From: an uncultured Patescibacteria group bacterium
GTDB taxonomy: Bacteria; Patescibacteriota; Microgenomatia; UBA1400; PJMF01
Length of the DNA: 64,000 nt
NCBI GenBank assembly: GCA_905478415.1
Contig: CAJQIG010000001.1
Span: 72,818 to 136,817 of the forward strand
Direction: 5' to 3'
In this document: positions 28,469 to 38,073 of the stretch, in pieces
Numbering within the stretch: position 1 is the stretch's first letter
Layout: each line of letters begins with the position of its first letter
Notes under the pieces: model-generated
What the model was told of the DNA's origin: nothing
The model's input: the letters and a program-made list of their open reading frames with translations, nothing else
Databases searched by the model: none
Made by a program: the position numbers and the translations under genes

Positions 28469-28504
28469 GCTTTTTAAATGGGTCAGGCGCGAAGCGCCTG
28501 ACCC
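28469..28504 (-). terminator. GC-rich perfect hairpin (possible inter-operon terminator)
   Basis: GGGTCAGGCGC-GAA-GCGCCTGACCC (28480-28504) is an 11-bp perfect stem in an AT-rich spacer. The minus-strand 3' flank AUUUAAAAAGC is only weakly U-rich. Confidence 0.35.
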
Positions 28505-28541
28505 ATACATTGTACTTCAAAGTACTACTGATTGACTACGT

Positions 28542-28997
28542 TTACTTCTTAGTAGTCTTCTTTGCTTTTTTAGCAGTAGCTTTTTTCTTAGTAGTTTTTT
28601 TTGGTTTGAGAGCTTCCTCTACAATAGCTTCAAGTTCTTTAAGCTCTGCTTCAGTGAGTTCTTCATCTTCTTCGGTTGAGCATTCTCCACAACAACCTCC
28701 AGCAATTGCCATCTCCTTTTTGAGGGTAGCTACCTTTTTACTGCTGGTGATATTCATAAAGACAACATATACAAAGTGAGCAGCTGCAAGAGCAAACGTA
28801 ATGGTTGGAAGTAGTTCCAGAATTTGTGGATTTTCAGTTAAGGTCATTAACTCTTCTGGAGTGTACATATACTTAATAATGAGTTGAGGTAAAAATGCAT
28901 TTGCAAAAATTGCTGCAACAAAAACCATAAGTGACTCAACTGCTCGAGTCAGGTTTTGCATTCTTAGATCTGTGATTGTACCGTGGTGTGCGTTCAT
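28542..28997 (-). CDS. Hypothetical small membrane protein with Cys cluster and Lys-rich tail
   Basis: 151 aa with two hydrophobic helices, a GGCCGECSTEEDEE motif, an acidic helix and a KKTTKKKATAKKAKKTTKK tail. Has a 4-nt overlap with the upstream GT2. Confidence 0.5.
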   Translation of the reverse strand: MNAHHGTITDLRMQNLTRAVESLMVFVAAIFANAFLPQLIIKYMYTPEELMTLTENPQILELLPTITFALAAAHFVYVVFMNITSSKKVATLKKEMAIAGGCCGECSTEEDEELTEAELKELEAIVEEALKPKKTTKKKATAKKAKKTTKK

Positions 28998-29881
28998 AGT
29001 GCTCCCTTTTTTATTATTAAAAAATACCGTAATAAAGTTCTTACAAAAGCAGGATATTTTTCCTGATAGTGTTTGTCATAGTATTGTAACATGGTGTCAT
29101 AAAAATGCATGCGGGTTTTTCTAGCAATCTTTTGTGAAGCATTTTTTATTCCAGATTTATACTTATGGTGAATGACAACAACCTTTGGATAATAGTAGAT
29201 GTGGTAGCCAGCTTCTCTAAATCGTTTGCACCAATCAAGGTCTTCGGCATACATGAAGAAGCGTTCGTCCAATACTCCTACGCTGTCCATGGCACTTTTT
29301 CTGACCAACATGGCCGCCCCTGAACAAGCTTCAATTTCATGTGCTTCAAAAAAATCTTTATATGACTGGTTATATTCTGAAAATAGTTTGTGTTTAGGAA
29401 AGAGTTTAGCTAACTTGAAAAAGTAGGTGAAAGATGCCCACGGAGTTGGTTCTCCTCTATGGCAAGCTGGGTCAATGTTTCCACTGGTGAATTCTACTCT
29501 CGGAGTAATGACACCAATTTTTTTATTTTTATCCATAACTCTGAGTAAAATATCTAGGTTTGATTCACCGGTAAACTCAACGTCCGAGTTTACCAGCATG
29601 ACATAGTTTGCGGTTGAAGCTTCAAGAGCTTTGTTGTTGGCAACTGAGTAACCAAGATTTTCACCAAGAGCCATGACTTGTGCCCAAGGAAACTCTTTTT
29701 TAACCATTTTAAGCGAATCATCTTCAGAGCCGTTATCAACAACAGTGACAATAACTTTCTTTTTTGTTTGTTGTAGATAGAACTCATCGAGGGTTTGCAA
29801 TGTTTTTTTGAGCCAAAATTGACTATTGTAGTTAACAACAATAATTTCTAAATCATTTTTCTTTTGGACTTTTTTCTTCAT
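28994..29881 (-). CDS. Glycosyltransferase family 2
   Basis: 295 aa. The N-terminus IIVVNYNSQFWLKKTLQTL...VVDNGSEDDS is a GT2 signature (DxD). Confidence 0.75.
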   Translation of the reverse strand: MKKKVQKKNDLEIIVVNYNSQFWLKKTLQTLDEFYLQQTKKKVIVTVVDNGSEDDSLKMVKKEFPWAQVMALGENLGYSVANNKALEASTANYVMLVNSDVEFTGESNLDILLRVMDKNKKIGVITPRVEFTSGNIDPACHRGEPTPWASFTYFFKLAKLFPKHKLFSEYNQSYKDFFEAHEIEACSGAAMLVRKSAMDSVGVLDERFFMYAEDLDWCKRFREAGYHIYYYPKVVVIHHKYKSGIKNASQKIARKTRMHFYDTMLQYYDKHYQEKYPAFVRTLLRYFLIIKKGAL

Positions 29882-29886
29882 ATGTT

Positions 29887-31086
29887 CTATTCTTTTTTGC
29901 TTCCAATTGTTTGATAAATAGTATCAAGTTTCTCAGAGATTATAGACCAATCGTATTTATTTTTCACAAAAGCTTTACCGTTCTTAGCTAATTTCTTTTG
30001 AAGAGTTGGGTCTTTCAGGAGTTTAACAATTAATTTTGCCATTCCGTTGGGGGTGTCAGAAGTCAGTACATGTGTGCCATGAGTAACATCGAGACCCTCG
30101 ACTGCGGTCGTGGTTGCCACAATTGGAGTTCCTGAGGCCATCGCTTCTAATATTTTGTATCGGGTACCTTTGCCACTAAAAACAGGAGCAACAAGGATAT
30201 GAGCACCTTTAAATGCATCACGAATATCCGGAATAGTACCAGAGACAGTAATGTGGGGATCTTTTTCTTGAAAAGCAATGACTTCTTTGGTGGGGGCATT
30301 TCCAACAATCCAGAGTCTGCTTTCTTGCATTGTTTTTGATACCAGTGGCCAAACTTTTTTAACTAAAAAATCGACAGCTTCAACATTTGGCAGCCACTTA
30401 AAAGTTCCGACAGACAGAAGGGTTGGGTATTTTGGATGGACCCGTTTTTTTTCTTCAAACCAGGCAGTATCAACTCCATTTGCAACTACTTCAATCTTTT
30501 CTTCTGACCCAATTTCACTGCCAATAAATTTTTTATCTTCGTCACTCATCACAATCAGCTTTTGACTTTGATTCCAATAGTGACGTTCCCACAGTTTAAT
30601 TTTTCTGATATCAATATCGAGTAAAAACTTTAAAAGTTTTGGAGCTTTTTTAGCATAGCTTTCATAGCCGAGGTACTCAATGGTTTGCTCTACTAAGAGA
30701 GTTGGAATAGTTGTCTCGGGTATATGTGGCATCATATAAAATGTTTCCGCATGAATTAGGTCATATTCGTCGTTCTCAAGTTCTTTTTTAACCGCGTCAA
30801 CAACTTCGGGAACATGATTCCTGATTACCAAAAAAGGAAAAGAAGAAATCGCAGTTCTGAAAATATTACTCAAAGTAAATGGTGTGGATGAGCGTTTAAA
30901 TACTTTGACTTTTGCACAGTACTTTTCAAGTTCTGGGATGAATCGCTTTTCGTTATTTTCTTTGATAAGGGCAAAGAGGGTCACTTCATGCTTATTTGCC
31001 AACTTCTTAAGCAAATTGTATGTCCTAATCTGACCACCTGAGAGTAATGGATAGGGAAGATAGGGAGTAAGCATCAAAATTTTCAT
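29887..31086 (-). CDS. Glycosyltransferase family 4
   Basis: 399 aa. The start MKILMLTPYLPYPLLSGGQ is GT4-type, and the C-terminal domain is Glycos_transf_1. Confidence 0.75.
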   Translation of the reverse strand: MKILMLTPYLPYPLLSGGQIRTYNLLKKLANKHEVTLFALIKENNEKRFIPELEKYCAKVKVFKRSSTPFTLSNIFRTAISSFPFLVIRNHVPEVVDAVKKELENDEYDLIHAETFYMMPHIPETTIPTLLVEQTIEYLGYESYAKKAPKLLKFLLDIDIRKIKLWERHYWNQSQKLIVMSDEDKKFIGSEIGSEEKIEVVANGVDTAWFEEKKRVHPKYPTLLSVGTFKWLPNVEAVDFLVKKVWPLVSKTMQESRLWIVGNAPTKEVIAFQEKDPHITVSGTIPDIRDAFKGAHILVAPVFSGKGTRYKILEAMASGTPIVATTTAVEGLDVTHGTHVLTSDTPNGMAKLIVKLLKDPTLQKKLAKNGKAFVKNKYDWSIISEKLDTIYQTIGSKKE

Positions 31087-31090
31087 GGGT

Positions 31091-32530
31091 CTAGTTCTTC
31101 TCTTTCGTCAAATCAAGGATAATATATGCTTCTGTTTGAGCAACAATAAAGTATTTTTCGGCAAGTGTGTTGGCTTCATCATCTAGAGTTGGAGTCACAT
31201 AGTACTGGGCACCTTTTTCAATCTTTTTTTCGATCTCAAAACCTAGTGGCCAACCTCTATGGTCTGTTTGAAATAAGAAGGCAGTGTCCCCTCCATACTG
31301 TGGAGCGATAATCAGAGCATCAGCGGGCAGTGTTTCTCGGGCAACTTTTCCGAGTTCAGCATACTCAGGGTGATTGATATTATAAAAGCCTTTAATTTGT
31401 TGCCAAGCAAGTAATAACATTAAAGCAGTTGAAAACCCAATGACCCCAATCGAAACAAGTGCGTTACTCTTTTTTGTGATCCATGTATCAGCTACCAAAA
31501 GTGCGTGAGCCAAAGTGATGGAAACAATTGGTGTGACGAGTGCTTGATAGTAGTCATGTTGTACATTTCCCGTGGCTATGACAGTAAAGTATATTCCAAT
31601 GCTGAGCCACCAACTAAAAATAAAGAATTTTTTCTTTTTTAAACTACTTAGTAAACTGATAGGGAGTGCAAGTATGCCGATATATCCAAGTATCATTTTG
31701 GTAATGCGTTCATATCCAAGCCATCTAACCCAAGCCGGTCTAAATCGAATACCATTTCCATTTAAGAGCCAATCTGAAGCAGGAATACCTTCTGGAAATT
31801 GAGAAATCCAGCGACGCCATGCGAAGAAAGGAGCAATCGCTATGACGACATACAGATACAACCTCAGATCACGAGCAATTTCTTTCAGACTTCTCTCTTC
31901 AAACAACATGACGAGATACACAGGAGCTAAAAATGCGGTGAAGGGTTTGAGCAGGAATGAAAGCAATATGGCCAACAAAGAAACAATAAAAAGTAGATTT
32001 GAGTCTCGTTTTAGGAAGTATCGAAAGGTTGTAATTGAAAGTGTTGAGAAAAAAACCATTGCGGGCTCAGGTAATACCACTCGAGAATAGTAGACTGAAT
32101 AGGGTAAGACAGCAAAGAAAAATGCTGCTAAGTATCCGGCTTTTTTACCATAATAGCTTTTCGTTAGGAAGAACAGAGAAATCAGTGTCCCCATTGAAAA
32201 AAGGATTGAAATCAATCTGCTGGTGGGAACTAATGGTGCACTGGGGATGAGTTCTAAGATACCAGCGGTGAGGAGATTATAGAGTGGAAATTCAACCATT
32301 CGGTACCCCTCAGGATTGTCCAGGCCAGAAGGAATATTAGAGAGATCATGATACTTTGGGTATAGTGGGGCGAGGCCATTTTTTTGATATTCTCTTGTTA
32401 CCGAAGCAGTATCTGCTTGTCTCCAACTATGCCAATCTAAAAGTGGTGTGTTGATTTTATACAGTCGAACAAAAAAGCCTAAAAGAATAATTACTACTAA
32501 AAGTGGATATCGGGTAAAAAGTTTTTTCAT
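31091..32530 (-). CDS. Polytopic GT-C-like (ArnT/PMT-like) membrane glycosyltransferase
   Basis: 479 aa with about 11 transmembrane helices. The first loop INTPLLDWHSWRQADTASV is typical of lipid-carrier-dependent glycosyltransferases. Family assignment is tentative. Confidence 0.55.
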   Translation of the reverse strand: MKKLFTRYPLLVVIILLGFFVRLYKINTPLLDWHSWRQADTASVTREYQKNGLAPLYPKYHDLSNIPSGLDNPEGYRMVEFPLYNLLTAGILELIPSAPLVPTSRLISILFSMGTLISLFFLTKSYYGKKAGYLAAFFFAVLPYSVYYSRVVLPEPAMVFFSTLSITTFRYFLKRDSNLLFIVSLLAILLSFLLKPFTAFLAPVYLVMLFEERSLKEIARDLRLYLYVVIAIAPFFAWRRWISQFPEGIPASDWLLNGNGIRFRPAWVRWLGYERITKMILGYIGILALPISLLSSLKKKKFFIFSWWLSIGIYFTVIATGNVQHDYYQALVTPIVSITLAHALLVADTWITKKSNALVSIGVIGFSTALMLLLAWQQIKGFYNINHPEYAELGKVARETLPADALIIAPQYGGDTAFLFQTDHRGWPLGFEIEKKIEKGAQYYVTPTLDDEANTLAEKYFIVAQTEAYIILDLTKEKN

Positions 32531-32532
32531 TG

Positions 32533-34212
32533 TTAGGCTGTAGTCTTCCGTGTTTTAGAGTGTGTTGAAACTTGTGCCAAGGCTACCACGATACCAGTTA
32601 ACAGCCAAAAAGTGAAGGCAACTTTTGAGGAAACAAAAACATCTATAAAGAGAGCGTTTACAAGGAGGCCTATTGTGGCGGCAATATAGCCTACTGAGAG
32701 GGCACCCTCAAAGGTGAGTTTTTTATTCTTTTTCCAGACGTTGAATGCTTGTTTGAGTGCGAGAGCAATAGTTCCAAAGAAGGCCATAAATCCAAGTGAG
32801 CCTGTTTCTCCTAAGGTTCTGAGGAAGTTATTATCTGTACTGTCTGCTTCAGTGAATTCATAGAGTTCAGATTTTGTGAGCGTTGCATACCCAGTCCCTA
32901 AAAGTGGATTAGTAGTGAAGCCTTGCCAGGCTTGTGGCCAGAGGGTATCAAGCCTTATGGCCATTGAGAGTCCGTATCTCAGTGCATTGTCAGAATAAGT
33001 GCGAGGTTGTTCTACCAACAAGATTATATTTTCTCCAGTAGCTGAAATAGTGGCAACTTGTACAATGTCAGGTACATCAACATAGACATCGCTTGGTCGA
33101 TTAGTAACTGGTTGCTGATCACTCGCAATCAGTGCAGCATCAAGCTCATCAGTTGAGATAGCATTTTCTGGTGCAGTGATCTCAAGTGAAGCCATTGTTT
33201 CTGTAAGGCCTAGTTTTTCTGGAAGATATTCATAGAAGATGTGTGTCTTTGTTTCGTTAAAATTGAGATAGGCCATGTTTAGTTGCGGATAACCTTCAAG
33301 TGCATCGAGCATGCGGTCGGACAAGTCGTCACCAAACTTTAGAACCAGGGCCAAGAATAACAAGCCGACTATAGTACCCTGCTTTGTAATATAGATTAGT
33401 CGTTGTTTTAGTAGTGCCTCTTTTTTAAGTGCCGCCATACAAATGACAACTACTAAGGCAACCAGTGTAGCCGCAAAAGCAGTCCGTGCTGCACTAACGA
33501 TGAGCAGCCAGGTTCCGAGTGTAAATAGACCCCAGAGTAGCCAACGAGTATGTCTTTTTGAAGTCGTCAGTGCCGAAACTAAGACTAAGGGTAAGCTCAA
33601 CACAATATAAGCAGCAAGATCATAATGTCCACCAAATGTAGATTGCACTCGAGCATGCTCTGTTAGGTAGAGACGAAGTCCTTTTGAAAATTCTCTATTC
33701 ATTGTTGAGTACACTGGCCAATAGAGATACTTTTGACCAATTCCATAGAGTGTGACTCCCGTGAAGGTGGCTAAGAAAACTTTGAAGAAAAGTTGTACAT
33801 CCTTTTTTGATTGTATTGAGGAAAAAGTAATAAAGAAGAGTGAAAGGTATTCAAGGTTTCTGAGGTAATGTAAAAGCGTTTTACCAACGTGCACAGGGTG
33901 TAGTGGCACTGTTTTTGTAATAAAAAAGGAAGATAGAACGGATAAAAAACCAATGACAGCGTAGGCAGTGATCATCCAAGTAAGCGGTGTTTTTAAGGTG
34001 GCTTTTTTACGAATGACTTGCACAATCCAGACGATTACTGTTGCTAGAATGAGTATGTCTTCAATACGAACTCGAACAATGTATCCGGGGATAATGTCAA
34101 AAAGGGGGAGCTTTGGATAGAGTGGAATAAAGGCAAGTAGGAAGGCTGTTATGTATAACAGCATTTTTTTATCAAGGTGAGTTAGCGTTCTCTTTGAGAA
34201 AAGTTGTTTCAT
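32533..34212 (-). CDS. O-antigen ligase/polymerase-like (Wzy_C family) membrane protein
   Basis: 559 aa polytopic protein. It is a clear paralog of the N-terminal 560 aa of the 44416-47961 protein, sharing the blocks PLFDIIPGYIVR, ARVQSTFGGHYDLAAY and YTEADSTDNNFLRTLGETG. Confidence 0.6.
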   Translation of the reverse strand: MKQLFSKRTLTHLDKKMLLYITAFLLAFIPLYPKLPLFDIIPGYIVRVRIEDILILATVIVWIVQVIRKKATLKTPLTWMITAYAVIGFLSVLSSFFITKTVPLHPVHVGKTLLHYLRNLEYLSLFFITFSSIQSKKDVQLFFKVFLATFTGVTLYGIGQKYLYWPVYSTMNREFSKGLRLYLTEHARVQSTFGGHYDLAAYIVLSLPLVLVSALTTSKRHTRWLLWGLFTLGTWLLIVSAARTAFAATLVALVVVICMAALKKEALLKQRLIYITKQGTIVGLLFLALVLKFGDDLSDRMLDALEGYPQLNMAYLNFNETKTHIFYEYLPEKLGLTETMASLEITAPENAISTDELDAALIASDQQPVTNRPSDVYVDVPDIVQVATISATGENIILLVEQPRTYSDNALRYGLSMAIRLDTLWPQAWQGFTTNPLLGTGYATLTKSELYEFTEADSTDNNFLRTLGETGSLGFMAFFGTIALALKQAFNVWKKNKKLTFEGALSVGYIAATIGLLVNALFIDVFVSSKVAFTFWLLTGIVVALAQVSTHSKTRKTTA

Positions 34213-34221
34213 GAATGTACT

Positions 34222-35226
34222 CTACTTGTGTCGAAGTTTTTGAAGTGCTTCTTTATATGCGGCTGCTTTTTTTCTATCACGTCCTATTGTATCAAAAATG
34301 GTATAGCGAATCAGAGCCCCAAGTGAAAGGATAAACAGTGCTAGATCACGTTGCCACAGAGGTTTGTGTTTGGCCCAGATGTATTTGTAGCCAAGCAACT
34401 CACCAATAATAGCATTTTTTGAACTCGAACTCATATTTTGCAGATGCGTAATAGTTGCTGTTGGATGAATGGCGACGTCATAGTGGTGTTGTTGAGCTCT
34501 CATACAGAGTTCAATGTCTTCGGCATACATAAAGATCTTTTCATCGAATGCTCCGATTTGATCAAGTACTTCTTTTTTTATAAAGAGTGCAGTTCCACCA
34601 ACCCAATCAATAGGAATGAGTTCTTGAGATGTTGTTGCTAATTTTTGTGTTTTTCTACTTCTACCAGTGTGTTGTGTTGAAGGAAATAGTGTTCCAAGTA
34701 CCGGAATATCATCTAAAAAGAGCAGATGACTGAATAATGCACCAAGTGTGGGGGTACTGCCACCTTGAGGTTGAATACTACCGTCTGAGTTAAGCAGAGT
34801 TGCAGCCATAATTCCAAGATTATCGAGAGTGTTTTTTTCGGAGCTGAGTTCACTGGTCAGCTCTGGGTTCTTGGTTGTTTCAAAGGCTTTGATAACTTCT
34901 GAGAGTCCTCCTTTGTTAACAATGGTATCAGAGTTCAAGAAAACCACGTATTTTGCTTTTGATTGAGCAACAGCCTGGTTGTTAGCAGCCCCAAATCCTT
35001 TATTAGTAGTATTTGCTAGTATCGTGACCGGAAGCGTTGCTTTTTTTTTGAAAGCAGTCAGAGCAGCTACTGAATCATCACTTGAATTATTATCTACGAC
35101 AAAAATATTTGTGTTGCTTTTGAGTAGTGGGGACGATTGCACTTCTTTCTCAACGGAAGACAAAGTCTGAATGGTCAGCTCTTTTGTGTTGTATGAAACA
35201 ATGATGACTGAGAGAAGTGGCTTCAT
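34222..35226 (-). CDS. Glycosyltransferase family 2
   Basis: 334 aa. The N-terminus LSVIIVSYNTKELTIQTL...VVDNNSSDDS is a GT2 signature. Confidence 0.75.
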   Translation of the reverse strand: MKPLLSVIIVSYNTKELTIQTLSSVEKEVQSSPLLKSNTNIFVVDNNSSDDSVAALTAFKKKATLPVTILANTTNKGFGAANNQAVAQSKAKYVVFLNSDTIVNKGGLSEVIKAFETTKNPELTSELSSEKNTLDNLGIMAATLLNSDGSIQPQGGSTPTLGALFSHLLFLDDIPVLGTLFPSTQHTGRSRKTQKLATTSQELIPIDWVGGTALFIKKEVLDQIGAFDEKIFMYAEDIELCMRAQQHHYDVAIHPTATITHLQNMSSSSKNAIIGELLGYKYIWAKHKPLWQRDLALFILSLGALIRYTIFDTIGRDRKKAAAYKEALQKLRHK

Positions 35227-35242
35227 GAGACCCTTGTTCTAG

Positions 35243-35854
35243 TTACTGAAATAATCGTGAGCGGCCGAGTGTGTAGGAGTGTGTTGTTTCTTCACGGTCT
35301 TTAATTTTCTTTGCGGGTACTCCAGCTACAACAGTGTGTGGCGCAACTGACTTAGTGACGACACTGCCAGCCGCAACAATTGAACCATACCCGATAGTAA
35401 CTCCAGGCAAAATAATTGATCGAGGTCCAATGAAGACATAGTCTTCGATAGTAATCTTTTCTTCGATGGCTGCAAAGGTAGGATCGTTGAGATCATGTTG
35501 GCTTGTCCAAAACATAACTTCCGAGGCAATGTCGACGTGATTACCGATTTCGAGTCCGCCATTAGAGTTAAGTAACTGTTTTCGACCATCCATGGTAACT
35601 TTTTCACCCACAATGGTGTCAGCACCAATACTAATATAACGTGGGTCATAGATGCGAGCCATCATGTGGATGTTGCTGCCTTTGCCAATTTTCATTCCAA
35701 AAAGTCGGTAGTAAAACTTACGAATCGAGTGAAATGGTATTGTTCCTACACCCCACCAGAGAAAGCCAGTCACCAGTTCGAGCCAAATGGTCGTTATCCG
35801 GTTGAGAATTTTAGCTGTGAGTGTTTTTCTACCCGTGTTTGAAGTTTCTGTCAT
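35243..35854 (-). CDS. Hexapeptide-repeat (LbH) sugar O-acetyltransferase with N-terminal membrane segment
   Basis: 203 aa. Left-handed beta-helix repeats (IGNHVDIASEV... IGPRSIILPGVTIGYGSIVAAGSVVTKSV) resemble WcaF/maltose O-acetyltransferase. Confidence 0.7.
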   Translation of the reverse strand: MTETSNTGRKTLTAKILNRITTIWLELVTGFLWWGVGTIPFHSIRKFYYRLFGMKIGKGSNIHMMARIYDPRYISIGADTIVGEKVTMDGRKQLLNSNGGLEIGNHVDIASEVMFWTSQHDLNDPTFAAIEEKITIEDYVFIGPRSIILPGVTIGYGSIVAAGSVVTKSVAPHTVVAGVPAKKIKDREETTHSYTLGRSRLFQ

Positions 35855-35933
35855 ACTTTTTTAGTATACGCTACTTTTTCCAGATCTGCACCTGGGTGCG
35901 TGTAGTGGTTATAGTATAGCAAATGAAGGTCTG

Positions 35934-36941
35934 TTATTTAGGAGTATATGCTTTATCGAGATGTTTATAAGCCTTTTCGGTCACTACTCTGCCCTTAGGA
36001 GTTCTCTTAAGAAAACCAATTTGAAGGAGATATGGCTCGAATACTTCTTCGATAGTGAGGGTATCTTCATTGAGTGTGGCAGCTAAGGTAGAGAGCCCAA
36101 TGGGACCGCCATTATGTTTTTCGATAAGTTGGAGTAGTAGTTGTCTGTCAGATTCGTCTAGTCCTACGGTATCAATGTTAAACAGTTTTAATGATTCTCG
36201 CACATCACTCTCAGCAATATGTGAGCGATCTTGTACTTCGACAAAGTCACGAACGCGTTTGAGTAGTTTGAGTGCAATTCGAGGAGTACCACGGGCACGA
36301 AGCGCAATGTTGAGTGCAGCATCATTTTCGAGTGTGACGTTTAGTTTTCCGGCTGCATTATTAAGGACGATAGCTAACTCTTTTGGTGAATAGAAAGAAA
36401 GTCGGTGGATGATGCCGAATCGGTCTCTAAATGGTCCAGCCAATAAACCAAAGCGAGTGGTGGCTCCTACGATAGTAAAATGAGGTAAATCAAGTCTAAT
36501 AGTACGAGCAGAAGGTCCTTTGCCGATCACAATATCAAGGGCATAATCTTCCATAGCTGGGTACAGAGTTTCCTCAACTATTTTAGGGAGACGATGAATT
36601 TCATCAATAAATAAGATATCTCCTTCTTGAAGGTTGGTTAAAATCGCTGCTAAGTCGCCGGTCTTGTTGAGAGCCGTTCCTGAAGTGATTTTAATGTTGA
36701 CGCCCATTTCTTTAGCAATCAGGTGTGAAAGGGTGGTTTTTCCTAGTCCAGGGGGGCCATAGAGTAAGGTGTGGTCGATACTTTCTTTGCGGTTAGTGGC
36801 GGCTTGAATAGCCACCATGAGTGATTTTTTTATCTGGAGTTGCCCATGAAATTCTTTCCAATCTTGGGCACGCAAGGTGGTGAAGATGGCTTCATCACCT
36901 GTTCCAACATCTTCGAGTGCGCGTGGTTCTATTGTTGGCAT
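35934..36941 (-). CDS. ruvB: Holliday junction branch migration ATPase RuvB
   Basis: 335 aa with the Walker A motif LLYGPPGLGKTTLSHLIA and RuvB-like architecture. Confidence 0.9.
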   Translation of the reverse strand: MPTIEPRALEDVGTGDEAIFTTLRAQDWKEFHGQLQIKKSLMVAIQAATNRKESIDHTLLYGPPGLGKTTLSHLIAKEMGVNIKITSGTALNKTGDLAAILTNLQEGDILFIDEIHRLPKIVEETLYPAMEDYALDIVIGKGPSARTIRLDLPHFTIVGATTRFGLLAGPFRDRFGIIHRLSFYSPKELAIVLNNAAGKLNVTLENDAALNIALRARGTPRIALKLLKRVRDFVEVQDRSHIAESDVRESLKLFNIDTVGLDESDRQLLLQLIEKHNGGPIGLSTLAATLNEDTLTIEEVFEPYLLQIGFLKRTPKGRVVTEKAYKHLDKAYTPK

Positions 36942-36945
36942 ATAG

Positions 36946-37512
36946 TTATGATCCTAGTTGTTTTAGGCAAAATTGTAGCGCCTGTTGTAGCGTCATTTCT
37001 TCAAATGAAGTATCACGGACTAGTTCGTCAATGTCGTGCTCGTTAAATCCAAGGCTGACGAGCGCATCTGAAAGATCTGTTTGGAAGGTTGAGAGTGGTG
37101 CCAGTTGCAGTTCTTTAATGCTTCCTAATTTTGGTGTCAGGTCGATAATTATTTTTTGGGCTAGTTTTTTCCCAACTCTGGTTACAGAGGTGAAAAACTT
37201 GATGTCAGCTTCTTGGACCGCTTTGACAATTGCTGTTGATCCTTTTTCGGTGATGGCTAAACCTGTTTTTGGTCCGACGCCACTAATGGCAATCAGTAGA
37301 GTGAAAAGTTTTTTTTCTTCGGATGACCGAAAGCCATATAGTTCCAAACTTTTTTCTGTGACATGGGTATAAATTTCAAGCTCAACTTCTCGTTGTTCAG
37401 CTGCAAAAGAGAGGGTGCTGTTAGTGACTAAGACGCCGTACCCAACTCCGCCAGCAATCACTACAAGTGATGATTCTGATATTCTTGGAGTTCCTTTGAG
37501 ATAGGCAATCAT
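36946..37512 (-). CDS. ruvA: Holliday junction DNA-binding protein RuvA
   Basis: 188 aa with MIAYLKGT...GVGYGV and helix-hairpin-helix motifs. Sits immediately upstream of ruvB. Confidence 0.85.
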   Translation of the reverse strand: MIAYLKGTPRISESSLVVIAGGVGYGVLVTNSTLSFAAEQREVELEIYTHVTEKSLELYGFRSSEEKKLFTLLIAISGVGPKTGLAITEKGSTAIVKAVQEADIKFFTSVTRVGKKLAQKIIIDLTPKLGSIKELQLAPLSTFQTDLSDALVSLGFNEHDIDELVRDTSFEEMTLQQALQFCLKQLGS

Positions 37513-37554
37513 GATTTTAGTATAGCAAGGTGTTTGGGTTTCGATAGGGGTATT

Positions 37555-38073
37555 TTATGCAAGACGCTGGGTGAGGCGAGCCATTCTGCCTTTAGTTGCA
37601 TGAGTGATGCCAACAGCAACAGCGTCGATAGCATCATCAATCAAAATTGTGTTGTTTGGTAGCTTAACTTGCATACTGACCATTTTTTCAACAGCTTGTT
37701 TGTTAGCGGAGCCACTGCCGGTAACTGCTTGTTTGATCTCAACTGGGTTATACTCAAAAATTCGACAGTTAGCTTCTAGTAGAACGGTAATAACGACTCC
37801 TCTGCTTTCACTAACTCTCAAAGCCGTTGAAGTATTTTTTGAAAAAAAGAGTGTTTCTATGGCAGCTTCAGTTGGGTGGTGCAAGGCCACGATTTTACTC
37901 AATTCCTTGACTATGTGCTGGTACCTTAAAAAAATAGCATCTTTTTTATTTGTTTGAATGCAGCCAGCTGTCGTCAGGTGATACTCTGAATCTAGCGTGC
38001 CAATAGCCCATCCCAGGCGATCATATCCAGGGTCAATACTGATGATAGTTCGAGTTTTAGGTTTTGGTAACAT
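37555..38073 (-). CDS. ruvC: Crossover junction endodeoxyribonuclease RuvC
   Basis: 172 aa. IISIDPGYDRLGWAIG is the RuvC catalytic N-terminus. Confidence 0.85.
   Translation of the reverse strand: MLPKPKTRTIISIDPGYDRLGWAIGTLDSEYHLTTAGCIQTNKKDAIFLRYQHIVKELSKIVALHHPTEAAIETLFFSKNTSTALRVSESRGVVITVLLEANCRIFEYNPVEIKQAVTGSGSANKQAVEKMVSMQVKLPNNTILIDDAIDAVAVGITHATKGRMARLTQRLA

Noticed and set aside
35326-35649. 107-aa minus-strand ORF
   Set aside because: It is nested in an alternative frame of the hexapeptide acetyltransferase gene, whose frame shows clear LbH repeats.
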